A stretch of 21,346 bases of DNA from Octopus sinensis (Eukaryota): NCBI RefSeq assembly GCF_006345805.1, contig NW_021823732.1, forward strand, positions 1 through 21,346. The letters run 5' to 3'. A model generated the notes under the pieces. That model was not told the origin of the DNA. It made no database searches and saw only the letters and a program-made list of their open reading frames with translations. This document shows, in pieces, positions 1-10,630 of this stretch; the first letter of the stretch is position 1, and each line of letters opens with the position of its first letter. The position numbers and the translations under genes are program-made.

Positions 1-61
1 CATGTGTTTTCCTGAATTCCGATTTATTAATGTTGTTATTAGTCGTGATTGAAGTATTATA

Positions 62-329
62 TATCTACATATATATATATATACACTCACATACACATAC
101 ATGTATACATGTACACATACACACTTACGGACATGCGTAGACACACACGTTTATATACGTACTACATGCATGCATGTACATACTTACAACACGTACATGT
201 ATAAATATAAATATATACATATATATACACACACACATACATATACTTATATATACATATATATGCATGCATGAATATATATGTATATGTAATAAATATA
301 TACATGGATAAATGTATGTATTTACAAAC

Positions 330-375
<46 letters not shown>

Positions 376-548
376 GTACTTGGAAATGTATATATACATT
401 CATAACATATGTTCTATGTACACACACACACACACGTGTTTCTGTGTCCATAGATACATGTGTCTGTGTGTATATTTACATCTAGCCATGCCTTAAGTGT
501 ACATAAATGAATAAATTATGCATATGCATATATGAATAGCATAAGTGT

Positions 549-596
<48 letters not shown>

Positions 597-612
597 TATT
601 ATATATATATAT
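62..612. repeat. Low-complexity TA/CA/TACA microsatellite mosaic ending in a (TA)n tract
   Basis: Directly visible dinucleotide and tetranucleotide runs; the ORFs here are I/Y/H/M/C-repeat artefacts. Confidence 0.9.
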
Positions 613-688
613 ATACTTGTATATAATACATAGTATATGAGTGTATGAATGTGTATATGTTTGAACATGTGAGTGTTACAGTTAGATT

Positions 689-719
689 GTGTGTGTGTGT
701 GTGTGTGTGTGCGTTTGTA

Positions 720-804
<85 letters not shown>
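689..804. repeat. (GT)n microsatellite
   Basis: About 115 bp of GT repeat with few interruptions. Confidence 0.97.
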
Positions 805-805
<1 letters not shown>

Positions 806-1147
806 TGTCCGTATTTGTGTAGGGCCTTCATAAACATGGCGTCTGTTTGCTATTTTACTAATGGCGTGCATTGCAATGCTCGTGCAGGGTTAGTATTTAA
901 CAGATTGGAGTAGGAGATGGGGGAAGGAGAGAAAGAGAGAGAGAAGAAAATGGGAGAGAGTGAGAGAGTGATGCAGAGTGCATGTGTGCAGTTTGTTTGA
1001 ATGAGTGAGAGGAAGAGAGAGAGAGGGGAGAGAGAGAGATCCAAAGAGATATTATACGGAAGCACATAAGGAAATAAGTCGACAGAGAAGAGAAATCAAA
1101 GAGCAACAGAGATCCCGCACTGAATGGTGACGGAACTATTGATTAGA

Positions 1148-1151
<4 letters not shown>

Positions 1152-1213
<62 letters not shown>
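1152..1213. repeat. (AC)n microsatellite
   Basis: Pure AC run. Confidence 0.97.
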
Positions 1214-1218
<5 letters not shown>

Positions 1219-1280
1219 TTATATGTTCACTCTCACATATATATATCTGTATACACAAAAACACACTCACACACGTACAT

Positions 1281-1592
1281 GTATTATATGCTTACATAAA
1301 TACATGTATACACACAAACACAAACATGTATTATATGTTTACACACATATATATATCTGTGTATACACAAACACACACACATATATATACATCTAGATAT
1401 TATACGTCTGTTTATCATATATATACATACACAAACACATGTATATGTATATATATGATAAACAGACATATCATATGTAGATGTATATATATGTGTGTGT
1501 GTTTGTGTATACACAGATATATATATGTGTGTAAACATATAATACATGTTTGTGTTTGTGTGTATACATGTATATATGTAAGCATATAATAC
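1281..1592. repeat. Near-perfect 312-bp palindrome (arms 1281-1429 / 1444-1592)
   Basis: Paired positions sum to 2873 with no indel; mismatches found at 1299, 1396, 1401 and 1405. ORFs 1326..1589(+) and 1284..1760(-) give almost identical peptides. Confidence 0.95.
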
Positions 1593-1635
1593 GTCTGTGT
1601 ATATATATGTGTGCATGTGCGTGTGTATCGGGAGA

Positions 1636-1656
1636 TAGAGAGGGAGAGAGAGAGAG

Positions 1657-1707
<51 letters not shown>

Positions 1708-1709
1708 AA
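1636..1709. repeat. (GA)n followed by (GAAA)n microsatellite
   Basis: Directly visible. Confidence 0.95.
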
Positions 1710-2084
1710 AAGGGGTTCAGAGACAGAGAAAAAGAGAGTGAAATAACGTAAGAGAATCATAAAACTATGAGCGTGAGGAGGAGGGGGAAACCTGAAGCAA
1801 AAATGCTCAGTCCAGAGATTTACGGAAAATATGAGAAGAGATGAGAATAAAAAAGACAGACTAATATCAAGTGTTTGAAAAGAGAGAAATTGAAGGAGTC
1901 TGAAAGGTAGGGCATATATGGCAGCCCTTACTCACTGGAATCATAATGAAAATAGTATTTATTATGATGAGGGGAAATCAGAGTCCATTGTGAATGCAGG
2001 AATTGCATTATGTAGAAGTTCGTCATCATTTATGAGTGTACACGGCCTTTGGTTGTTGTTTACTGGTTGGTATGACAGTCTCGT

Positions 2085-2196
2085 ATGTGTGTGTGTGTAT
2101 GTGTGAGTGTGTGTGTGTGTGAGTGAGTGTGTGTGAGTGTATGAGTGTGTGTGCGAGTGTTTGTGTGTATTTTTATACATATATAGATAGACAGTT

Positions 2197-2233
<37 letters not shown>

Positions 2234-2323
2234 ATATATGTACATATATATATAAAATATATGTACATATATATATATAAATATATGTACATATATATAA
2301 AAAATATATTATCATACAAACAT

Positions 2324-2369
<46 letters not shown>

Positions 2370-2380
2370 TATATATATAA
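2085..2380. repeat. (TG)n/(TGAG)n and (TA)n microsatellite mosaic
   Basis: Directly visible. Confidence 0.9.
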
Positions 2381-2386
2381 TAATAA

Positions 2387-2623
2387 TGCGCCCTTTTAAA
2401 GCCTAGCCAGGCTCATGGGCCCGGTTTCCCGGTTTCTATGGCGTATGTGCTCCCCAGCTGGACGGGACGCCAGTCCATCGCAGCGTTACTCATTGTTGCC
2501 AGCTGAGTGGACTGGAGCAACGTGAAATGAAGTGTTTTGCTGAAGAACACAACACGTCGCCCGGTCCAGGAATCGAAACCACACTCTTACGATCACCCTA
2601 ACCACTAAGCCACGCACTTCCAC
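2387..2623 (-). mobile_element. tRNA-derived SINE with a CORE-like central domain
   Basis: Minus strand reads GTGGAAGTGCGTGGCTTAGTGGTTAGGG (A box), GGTTTCGATTCC (B box), TGTTGTGTTCTTCAGCAAAACACTTCATTTCACGTTGCTCCAGTCCACTCAGCTG (CORE-like), then GCGATGGACTGGCGTCCCGTCCAG and a tail ending AAAAGGGCGCATTATT. The head looks shortened between the boxes. Confidence 0.8.
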
Positions 2624-3015
2624 ATTTATACATATATATAAATATATATATATATTGTTATTAATCCAAACCGGTGAAGGATTGGAAGAAATGGAAGACA
2701 TATAGGAATCGACTTGATCAGTTTCTAATTAAATTTTCAAAGGTGTATACTTCATGGAAATATGTCACCAATTTATATCTCTTCAAACCGTTGTTATAAA
2801 AATAGTTTGTTTATACAGTGGAATTGTGGCTCAGCACGCAATCCGTTAACATACAAATTGACTGACCAGCGTTCATGCTTTACGTACCTATGACCGTCCC
2901 GCGAGTAGGTCAAATCAAAGCTTTTCCTCATTAAATATGTTATATGATAAAAGAGAGAAATATGAATAAGTAATATCATTGTTTACATAAAAGCATTATT
3001 GATAATTATTGCTTA

Positions 3016-3224
3016 GTGGTTGTATGGTAAGTAGCTTGCTTACCAGCCACATGGTTCCGGGTTCAGTCCCACTGCGTGGCACCTTGGGCAAATGTCTTCT
3101 TCTATAGCCGACAAAAGCCTTGTGAGTGGATTTGGTACGCGGAAACTGAAAGAAGTCCGTCCTACATATATATATACGTGACGGCAGGGAAAATACCGTT
3201 AAGCATCATATATATATATATATT

Positions 3225-3265
<41 letters not shown>

Positions 3266-3812
3266 TGTATACGTATATATATACATATATATATATATAT
3301 ATTTCTTTACTACCCACAAGGGGCTAAACACAGAGGAGACAAACAAGGACAGACAAACGGATTAAGTCGATTGCATCGACCCCAGTGCGTAACTGGTACT
3401 TAATTTATCGACCCCGGAAGGATGAAAGGCAAAGTCGACCTCGGCGGAATTTGAACTCGGAACGTAACGGCAGACGAAATACGGCAACGCATTTCGCCCG
3501 GCGTGCTAACGTTTCTGTCACACACACACATACACACATACACACATGCACACACACACACACACACACACGCACACACACACATATGTACGTGCGGGTA
3601 TATGTTTGTATGTCTATGTTTGTCCTCCCAACATCGCTTGACAACATATGCTGGTGTGTTTACGTCCCCATAACTTAGCGGTTCGGCAAAAGAGATTGAT
3701 AGAATAAGTACTAAGCTTACAAAGAATAATTCCTGGAGTTGATTTGTTCGACTAAAGGCGGTGCCCCAGGATGGCCGCAGTCAAATGACTGAAACAAATA
3801 AATGAAAAGAAT
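3016..3812 (+). mobile_element. Bipartite tRNA/CORE-type SINE (dominant family here), split at its internal microsatellite by another SINE
   Basis: 5' half 3016-3162 (GTGG..TGGTAAG A box, GGTTCAGTCCC B box, GTGGCACCTTGGGCAA CORE-like) and 3' half ~3611-3812 match the uninterrupted copy at 7907-8303. Confidence 0.9.
3301..3517 (-). mobile_element. tRNA-derived SINE monomer with a GCCTTTCATCCTTCCGGGGTCGATAAA central domain (Meta/MESC-like)
   Basis: Reverse complement matches 4150-4355 over ~205 bp at high identity. B-box-like GAGTTCAAATTCC is present. The domain name is from memory. Confidence 0.88.
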
Positions 3813-4123
3813 AATGGAAGGCGTGGTGTAAGATAACAGGGTGTGAAGTAAAAAAGATAGATAATAACTGGTACATGAATGCTGTTTTTCTTAAGAGGGA
3901 GCCCAAGTAGATATTCTACAATAATTAATTCATAGGAAAAGAAGAATCATTTATTACTGATATTTTTTATAGCATATTCACCGGTGGATTGTATTTTTCA
4001 CAAATGAACTATCCTTATTAATTCCTGTTTGGTCTCAGGTATTGTTTGTACATTGATAGAGTGGAAGACGAAAAGTTTGGGATATCTAGTTTTCGCACCT
4101 GTTTCCAGATGTTCAATGAATGG

Positions 4124-4141
4124 AATTTGTCCAGTTTAGGA
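4124..4141 (+). repeat. Left copy of target-site duplication (right copy 4510-4527)
   Basis: AATTTGTCCAGTTTAGGA versus AATTTGTCTAGTTTAGGA: 18 bp, one mismatch. Confidence 0.9.
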
Positions 4142-4509
4142 AGGCGGTGAGCACGCCGGGCGAAATGCTTACAGTATTTCGTCTGCCGCTATGTTCTGAG
4201 TTTAAATTCCGCCGAGGTCGACTTTGCCTTTCATCCTTATGGGGTCGATAAATTAAGTACCAGTTACGCACTGGGGTCGATGTAATCGACTTAATCCGTT
4301 TGTCTGTCCTTGTTTGTCCTCTCTGTGTTTAGCCTCTTGTGGGTAGTAAAGAAATTGGTATTTACGTTCTGAGTTCAAATTCTGCCGAGATCAAGTATGC
4401 CTTTCATCCTTTCGGGGTCGATAAATTAAGCACCAGTTGCGTACTGGGGTCAATCTAATCGAATGGCCCCTTCCCAAAAATTTCGGGCCTTGTACTTAGA
4501 GTAGAAAAT
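4142..4509 (+). mobile_element. Dimeric SINE (two Meta/MESC-like units, 4142-4360 and 4364-4509) inserted in the Penelope endonuclease region
   Basis: Both units contain GTTCTGAGTTYAAATTCYGCCGAG..GCCTTTCATCCTT..GGGGTCGATAAATTAAG but have different 3' ends; flanked by a direct repeat. Confidence 0.9.
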
Positions 4510-4924
4510 AATTTGTCTAGTTTAGGATTACGTATTTGTTGACGATGAATATTTAATCTCATTCTAAAAGTGAGTTTAGTTTGTCCGATGTAACCTTCAC
4601 TGCATCCATTACATTTGATAGTATATATTGATTTTTTTTCACAAAATCTTGTCCGAATCGAAAATGTAAGCTGTGTCCTCAGTAAGGTTCTCACAAGTTT
4701 CACAGTTGGATCGGTTACTATTTTTAATAGATGGTGTCGAGACCGTAGTCGGAAATTTTGCCTTAGACTCTCTGGTTGACTTTTGCATTTGATTATTTTG
4801 TATGATTGAAATGCCTTATTCATTCTTGGGCCTCGGCTCAATAACAGCATGTTCTGATGGATAATTCTTGAATGTGTCTGTTTCTTTAGATATGTGGTGA
4901 ACAGACTTTTGCGTGTATTTAAAC

Positions 4925-5323
4925 TACAGAGTGTTCTCCGCAGTGAATTTCTCGGTTAATGGATTATTTCGAAGAGACTTTGGCCACCAAGATCACCTGA
5001 TTTAACACCGCCAGACCTTTTTTTTTCTAGGGAGCAAGTTAAGGATCAGTGTACAAGAATCACCCGAAAACCATTAATGAGTTAAAAGACGCAGTCATAA
5101 CCTTCACACGGTCCATACCGCGTCAGACTCTCCAAAATGTATTTCAAAACATGCGTAGAAGAGTCAACTTATGTATTGAAAATGAAGAATGACACTTTCA
5201 ACACCTCTTATAAGGTTCTTTAAGGTCTTGTAAAGTCTAATATATTCTTTTGTAGTCTTATACCATCTTATAAATATTTATTTTACAATAAAATACTGCG
5301 GAGAGACTTTTTGAACAGCCTGT
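4925..5323 (+). mobile_element. Non-autonomous Tc1/mariner-superfamily deletion derivative retaining the transposase C-terminus (maT/rosa-like motif)
   Basis: IISKRLWPPRSPDLTPPD (W at 4981, last D is the third catalytic Asp), then VYKNHPKTINELKDAV..NMRRRVNLCIENEE*HFQHLL*. Right TIR 5296-5323; left TIR 4925-4943 is internally deleted. Confidence 0.88.
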
Positions 5324-5332
5324 GTGTATACA

Positions 5333-5588
5333 TATAAGGTGTTCAAACAGTCTCTCCACAGTGAATCTTTTTCCATCCTCTCTCTTCAAGACTCAGACTC
5401 TCCAAAATGTAGTTCAAAACATGTGAAGAAGAGTCAGCTTATATATTGAAAATGAAGTACAACACTTTCAACACCTCTTATAATGTTTTTGAAAGTCTTG
5501 TCAAGTCTAATATATTCTTTTGTAGCCTTATACATATTTCTTTTGCAATAAAATGCTTACTGCAGAGAGACTTTTTGAACATCCTGTA
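5333..5588 (+). mobile_element. Shorter MITE-like derivative of the same Tc1/mariner family
   Basis: 29-bp imperfect TIRs TATAAGGTGTTCAAACAGTCTCTCCACAG (5333-5361) and CTGCAGAGAGACTTTTTGAACATCCTGTA (5560-5588). From CAGACTCTCCAAAATGTA onward it matches the 3' half of the upstream copy. Confidence 0.88.
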
Positions 5589-6047
5589 TTTTTGGCTTTT
5601 CTCACTTCTTCAATATTTATAGTTTTAGGATTTTCTGTTCCATTCCCTGTTAGAATAGAAGGGTACTTTCGTTCAAGCATTGCCTGCTTTAATCCCAGGA
5701 ATGTTTTATTTTGAACATCCGAATGGGAAACATGTGTTCGGATTTTTCTCGCTAGGATAAATGGACTATTAGATTTGGTGTGTTTGGGTGGCATGAAGAA
5801 AATAGTCAGTACTGTTTAGAATCCGTTGGTTTGTTGTAGATGTCGGTTTCTATGTTCGTGTCATTTTCAATCATCAAAACGTCCCAGGAGAGTAGACGGT
5901 TCTGAGTAAATTCCATGGTGAACTGACTACTAATATCGATGTTATTGATTAAGTATTTGAAATCGTTCAGTTCATTTAGGTTGTATGTCTGCAGAATAAG
6001 ACAGTCATCTACGTGTCGCTTCCCACTTTCGATAAGAGAAAGTTGAT

Positions 6048-6122
6048 ATGTGTGTGTGTGTATGGGTGTAAGTAAGTGTGTGTAAGTGTGCGTGTGTGTG
6101 TATACATATATAAATGTATATG

Positions 6123-6189
<67 letters not shown>

Positions 6190-6209
6190 TGAGTGAGAGA
6201 GCGGGAGAC

Positions 6210-6302
<93 letters not shown>
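6048..6302. repeat. Compound microsatellite (TG)n-(TA)n-(GA)n-(GATA)n
   Basis: Directly visible; (GATA)n spans ~6211-6302. Confidence 0.97.
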
Positions 6303-6303
<1 letters not shown>

Positions 6304-7826
6304 GAACACATTTATGCATGTGTATACGAAAATATACATACGTATAAAATATGTATATATACGCATGTATGTATATTATACACTCGGCAAGTAGCACTCA
6401 TTAAACAAAGGCTATATCAAAATTAGTCTTAGCGAATTACTTAATTTAATTTACGTGCTCAACATTATAGACAAGCACAAGCTTACATGCATATAGATAC
6501 ACAGACACAAACACGTTGAAATACATATATACATACATACAAGCATATATGTACATACATGAAGGCATATTCCTCAATATATATAAAACATACATATACA
6601 TACATACATACGTATATCTATAGACACACACACATATGTGTATATACATACCTATTTACGTATAGACAAACAAACAAGCATACATACATATATAGACTCG
6701 TGCAGTCAAACAGACTTATGTCTTCATACATGTAGATACATTATATGCATACATATACACATATAAATAGGCCTGCAGATACACATACACATACATACCT
6801 ATAAATTATATACAGGCAAGCAGATCTGGAAAATTACAATAATTACAGGCACCATCGAAGCAGAACAATTGTTTTAAATGGAGTCTAGCTTTGCTAACCT
6901 CATACCAGCTTTTTAAAGTAGTTACAAGATTATTTAAATATGTTCCTCGTATGGTAATTAAAGTAAATATTGTTTGAGTGTATACATAAATATGTGTATG
7001 TATGCATGCGCGCGTGTGTGTGTGTGTGAATTTATTACATTAAACGCACTGAAGCACACACATACACGTATATTGAAAAAATAAAACGAAGATATTTAGA
7101 AAACTTTATCATGAAAAAAGAGAGTATTTACATTTTTAACTAAGTAGCTACCGGTTTCACTTGCTTTAAAACATTGGTTTAATCATGTTGAAATAAAATG
7201 GAAATGTAAGCTGAAATAAAATGATTTTAACTGGTTGTTTGTGATATCAGTTCTGGAGGTTCATATGTCTTTCCTATATTCCTTTTCTTTCTGATTCTTG
7301 CTGGCAAGAAGTGGACAGTATTGGTGATCAACTCGTGAAAATGACGTATATAGAGCAGTTTGTGATAGTTGCGAGACTAAAACCAGCAGTAGCAGTAGTA
7401 TCACTTTGATAAAGCGATTTTGCTTAATTCATACAAATTACTTAGGCCATAAATGTTTTCTAATATTTTGCATCTGGATATGTCCCTTGGCTGTTGAAAA
7501 TACATTAAAACAATTGTCGTTCTGATGACACCGATGGAAGCAGAAAAACGTATCCGCGAAAGTTTTCTTATTTCCAAACAATAAGCCTGTCTTTTTCTGC
7601 AATAGTATGTTAAATATGAGGATTCTTCATTCTTGAGATTATAAACATTTCTTTTGTGAAGTTGGCCTCAGGTGCCATTTGATAATTATGAAACATCGTC
7701 GAGAGGTGGAGATTATTCTAATAAATCCAGAATTTCCGTTACATATATTCTATATAAATGCAGTGGACTATAAATGCATATACGAACAGCCATGTATATA
7801 TATATATATATGCATGTGTATGTGTG

Positions 7827-7860
<34 letters not shown>

Positions 7861-7867
7861 CATGTGC

Positions 7868-7903
<36 letters not shown>

Positions 7904-7906
7904 AAT

Positions 7907-8303
7907 AGGCGCAGGAGTGGCTGTTTTTGTAAGGAGCTTGCTCATCAATCACATGGTTCGGGTTCAGTCCCATTGCGTGGCACCTTGGGCAAGTGTCTTC
8001 TACAATAGCATTGGGCCGACCAAAGCATTGTGAGTGGGTTTGGTAGACGGAAACTGAAAGAAGCCCGTCGTATGTATGTATGTGTGTATATGTGTGTGTG
8101 TTTGTGTTTGTCCCCTAACATCGCATGACAACCGATGCTGGTGTGTTTACGTCCCCGTAACATAGCGTTTCGGCAAAAAGAGGCCGATAGAATAAGTACT
8201 TCGCTTATAAAAGAATAAATCCTTCTGTCGATTTGCTCAACTAAAGGCGGTGCCCCAGCATGGCCGCAGTCAAATGACTAAAACAAGTAAAAGAATAAAA
8301 GAA
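7907..8303 (+). mobile_element. Full-length bipartite tRNA/CORE-type SINE
   Basis: AGGCGCAGGAGTGGCTG head, GGTTCAGTCCC B box, GTGGCACCTTGGGCAAGTGTCTTC core, internal TATG/TG tract, 3' end GGTGCCCCAGCATGGCCGCAGTCAAATGACTAAAACA plus TAAAAGA repeats. Confidence 0.92.
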
Positions 8304-8323
8304 ATATATATATATATATATTT

Positions 8324-8660
8324 ACTGGCTTCCGTGTCGGTGGCACGTAAAGGGCACTATCCGAATCGTGGCCGAAGCCAGTGCCGCCTCGACTGGCTTC
8401 CGTGCAGGTGGCACGTAAAATGCACCAATCCGACCGTGGCCGATGCCAGCCTCGCCTGGCACCACTGTAGGTGGCACGTAAAAGCCACCCACTACACTCA
8501 TGGAGTGGTTGGCGTTAGGAAGGGCATCCAGCTGTAGAAGCATTGCCAGATCAGACCGGAGCCTGGTGCAGTCTTCTGGCTTCCCAGATCCCCGGTCAAA
8601 CCGTCCAACCCATGCTAGCATGGAGAACGGACGTTAAACGATGATGATGATGATGATGAT
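8324..8660 (+). mobile_element. 5'-truncated SINE with three internal 63-68-bp subrepeats and a (GAT)n tail
   Basis: Subrepeats start at 8325, 8393 and 8456, each with GGTGGCACGTAAA. Then GGCGTTAGGAAGGGCATCCAGC, CCAACCCATGCTAGCATGGA, GGACGTTAAACG and (ATG)n. Confidence 0.8.
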
Positions 8661-8718
8661 TTACATGCCCAAGTACATACATACGTTTATATATACACAT
8701 GTATGTATATATGTGTTC

Positions 8719-8767
<49 letters not shown>

Positions 8768-8902
8768 ACGTGTGTGTGTGTATGTGTGTGTAGTTTTATT
8801 TTTATAATGTCGCTACTTCGTTCCTTTCCAGCGTGGTTTGATTTTAATCGCATAATCTTCACCTGTCGTATATATTTTCCATTCCATTCTTTTCGTCTTA
8901 CT

Positions 8903-8952
8903 CTCCTCCTCCTCCTCCTCCTCCTCCTCCTCCTCCACCTCCTCCTCCTCCC
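8903..8952. repeat. (CTC)n microsatellite
   Basis: Directly visible. Confidence 0.95.
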
Positions 8953-9168
8953 TGTTCTAGATCTGGCTGATATAAGTCTGCCTTCTCTATTATTACAACT
9001 ACTTTTCGATGAAGATATTGTCTTCGATTTTTTTATATTCCTTAACATCAATTGTACTCGTAAGCGTTATCAATGTTATTGCTGTTAGTTTTCTTCCAAT
9101 TTCAGGTTAAAGTTGTTTTTTTCTTCAACTCTAATGCATTTTTCTACCAAGAAATAAAAAAACTACAC

Positions 9169-9170
<2 letters not shown>

Positions 9171-9237
<67 letters not shown>

Positions 9238-9286
9238 ATTATTGTTATTATTATTATTATTATTATTGTTATTATCATCATTATTA

Positions 9287-9344
<58 letters not shown>

Positions 9345-9408
9345 AGTAGCAGAAGTTGTTGTAGTACTAGTAGTATATGGTTTATTATTTATATTACAAT
9401 TATTACTA

Positions 9409-9443
<35 letters not shown>

Positions 9444-9469
9444 CATTATTATTATTATCATTATTATTA

Positions 9470-9527
<58 letters not shown>
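9171..9527. repeat. Interrupted (ATT)n tract
   Basis: Directly visible. Confidence 0.95.
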
Positions 9528-9954
9528 GTTACTATCATCAACATCATCATCTTCATCATCGACGTTTTTATTTTTTCTTAAGTTTTTTTGTCGTTTTTTT
9601 AAATATATATTTCTTTTGTTTCTAGGGTTTCGCTTTTTTAAAAAAAATTTTTGTTACTTAATTTGAAAAAAAAATTCTTTTGTTTTCTTTTGTTTTCTTT
9701 TCCCTTTCTTTTTTCTTTTAGGAAACCTTTTTAAAAGCAACGTTGGAATTCTATCTTTTAGGATTAATGTCAAAATCTATTCTGGGTTTGATTTTAAAAG
9801 CACATTTAGAATTTTACAACAAGATCTGCCATCCAATCACCCAATCAGAACATAAAGATAAGCACTGCACATCGAATTAAAGTGATAGTTCTTTAATCAC
9901 GATTCTCCCAAATTCCACTTTTTTTTAAAATTCCTATCGAACGCATCCGTGTTT

Positions 9955-9974
9955 CATTACCATTGCCATTATTA

Positions 9975-10022
<48 letters not shown>

Positions 10023-10241
10023 TATTATATTATTATTATCATCATCATCACCACCATCATCATCATCATCATCATCATTATTATTGTTGTTTTTGTTATT
10101 GCTAGCGTTACCATTATTTTTATTTTACAATCATTATTACCGTTATTATTATTATTATTATTGTCATTTTTGTTGTTGTTGTTGTTGTTGTTGTGTTGCT
10201 GCTGTTATTGTTTCTGTTGGGGTTATATTATTATCATTATT

Positions 10242-10306
<65 letters not shown>

Positions 10307-10630
10307 TCATTATTATTTTTATTAATTATTATTTTTATTATTATTGTTGTTGTTGTTATTATCATGATTATTATTATTATTTCATTATTATTATTATTAT
10401 TATATTATTATTATTAGTATTATTATCATTATCATTATTATTATATTTATTATTATTCTATTGTCATTATTATTATTATTGATTATTATTATTATTATTA
10501 TTATTGTCATTATTATTATTAATTATTATTTTTATAATTATTGTTGTTGTTATTATTATTATTATCATCATTATTATATTATTATTATTATTATTATTAC
10601 TATTATTATTTATTATTATCATTATTATTA
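9955..10630. repeat. Complex (ATT)n/(ATC)n/(GTT)n tract
   Basis: Directly visible; source of the poly-I/L/Y ORFs. Confidence 0.95.

Larger units (their letters stand above)
3967..6046 (-). mobile_element. Penelope-like retroelement, decayed RT C-terminus/thumb plus GIY-YIG endonuclease, interrupted twice
   Basis: Minus-strand peptides in order: GKRHVDDCLIL (RT motif C, 6004-6015); IETDIYNKPTDSKQY*LFSSCHPKHTK; IIHQNMLLL..KSQPESLRQ; SIYTIKCNGCSEGYIGQT..RMRLNIHRQQIRNPK (GIY-YIG, ~4578-4633); after the SINE, QIPFIEHLE and EKYNPPVNML* ending at 3967. Many stops and frameshifts. Confidence 0.92.

Noticed and set aside
1918-2106. 62-aa ORF and nearby minus-strand GTGAGT donor
   Set aside because: No homology recognised; the ORF runs into a TG repeat and no consistent exon could be built.
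3820-3966. Hammerhead-bearing pLTR at the 3' end of the Penelope fragment
   Set aside because: Only a short CTTTTCCTATG match to the 12604-12818 element and no CTGANGA core; a link between the two is unproven.
6840-6960. Faint LINE RT-like peptide (RSRTIVLNGV)
   Set aside because: Too short, and no PQG motif follows in register.
7522-7552. Second hammerhead (CTGATGA..GAAAAACGTA)
   Set aside because: No credible stem II between the boxes and no stem I.
7400-7670. About 88-codon stop-free minus-strand frame without an initial Met
   Set aside because: No recognisable domain or convincing splice sites; compatible with chance.
2387-8000. tRNA genes at SINE heads
   Set aside because: A and B boxes are present but there is no complete cloverleaf, and each head continues into a SINE body.
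8325-8489. CRISPR-like repeat-spacer array
   Set aside because: Eukaryotic context; the spacers are homologous to each other; these are SINE subrepeats.
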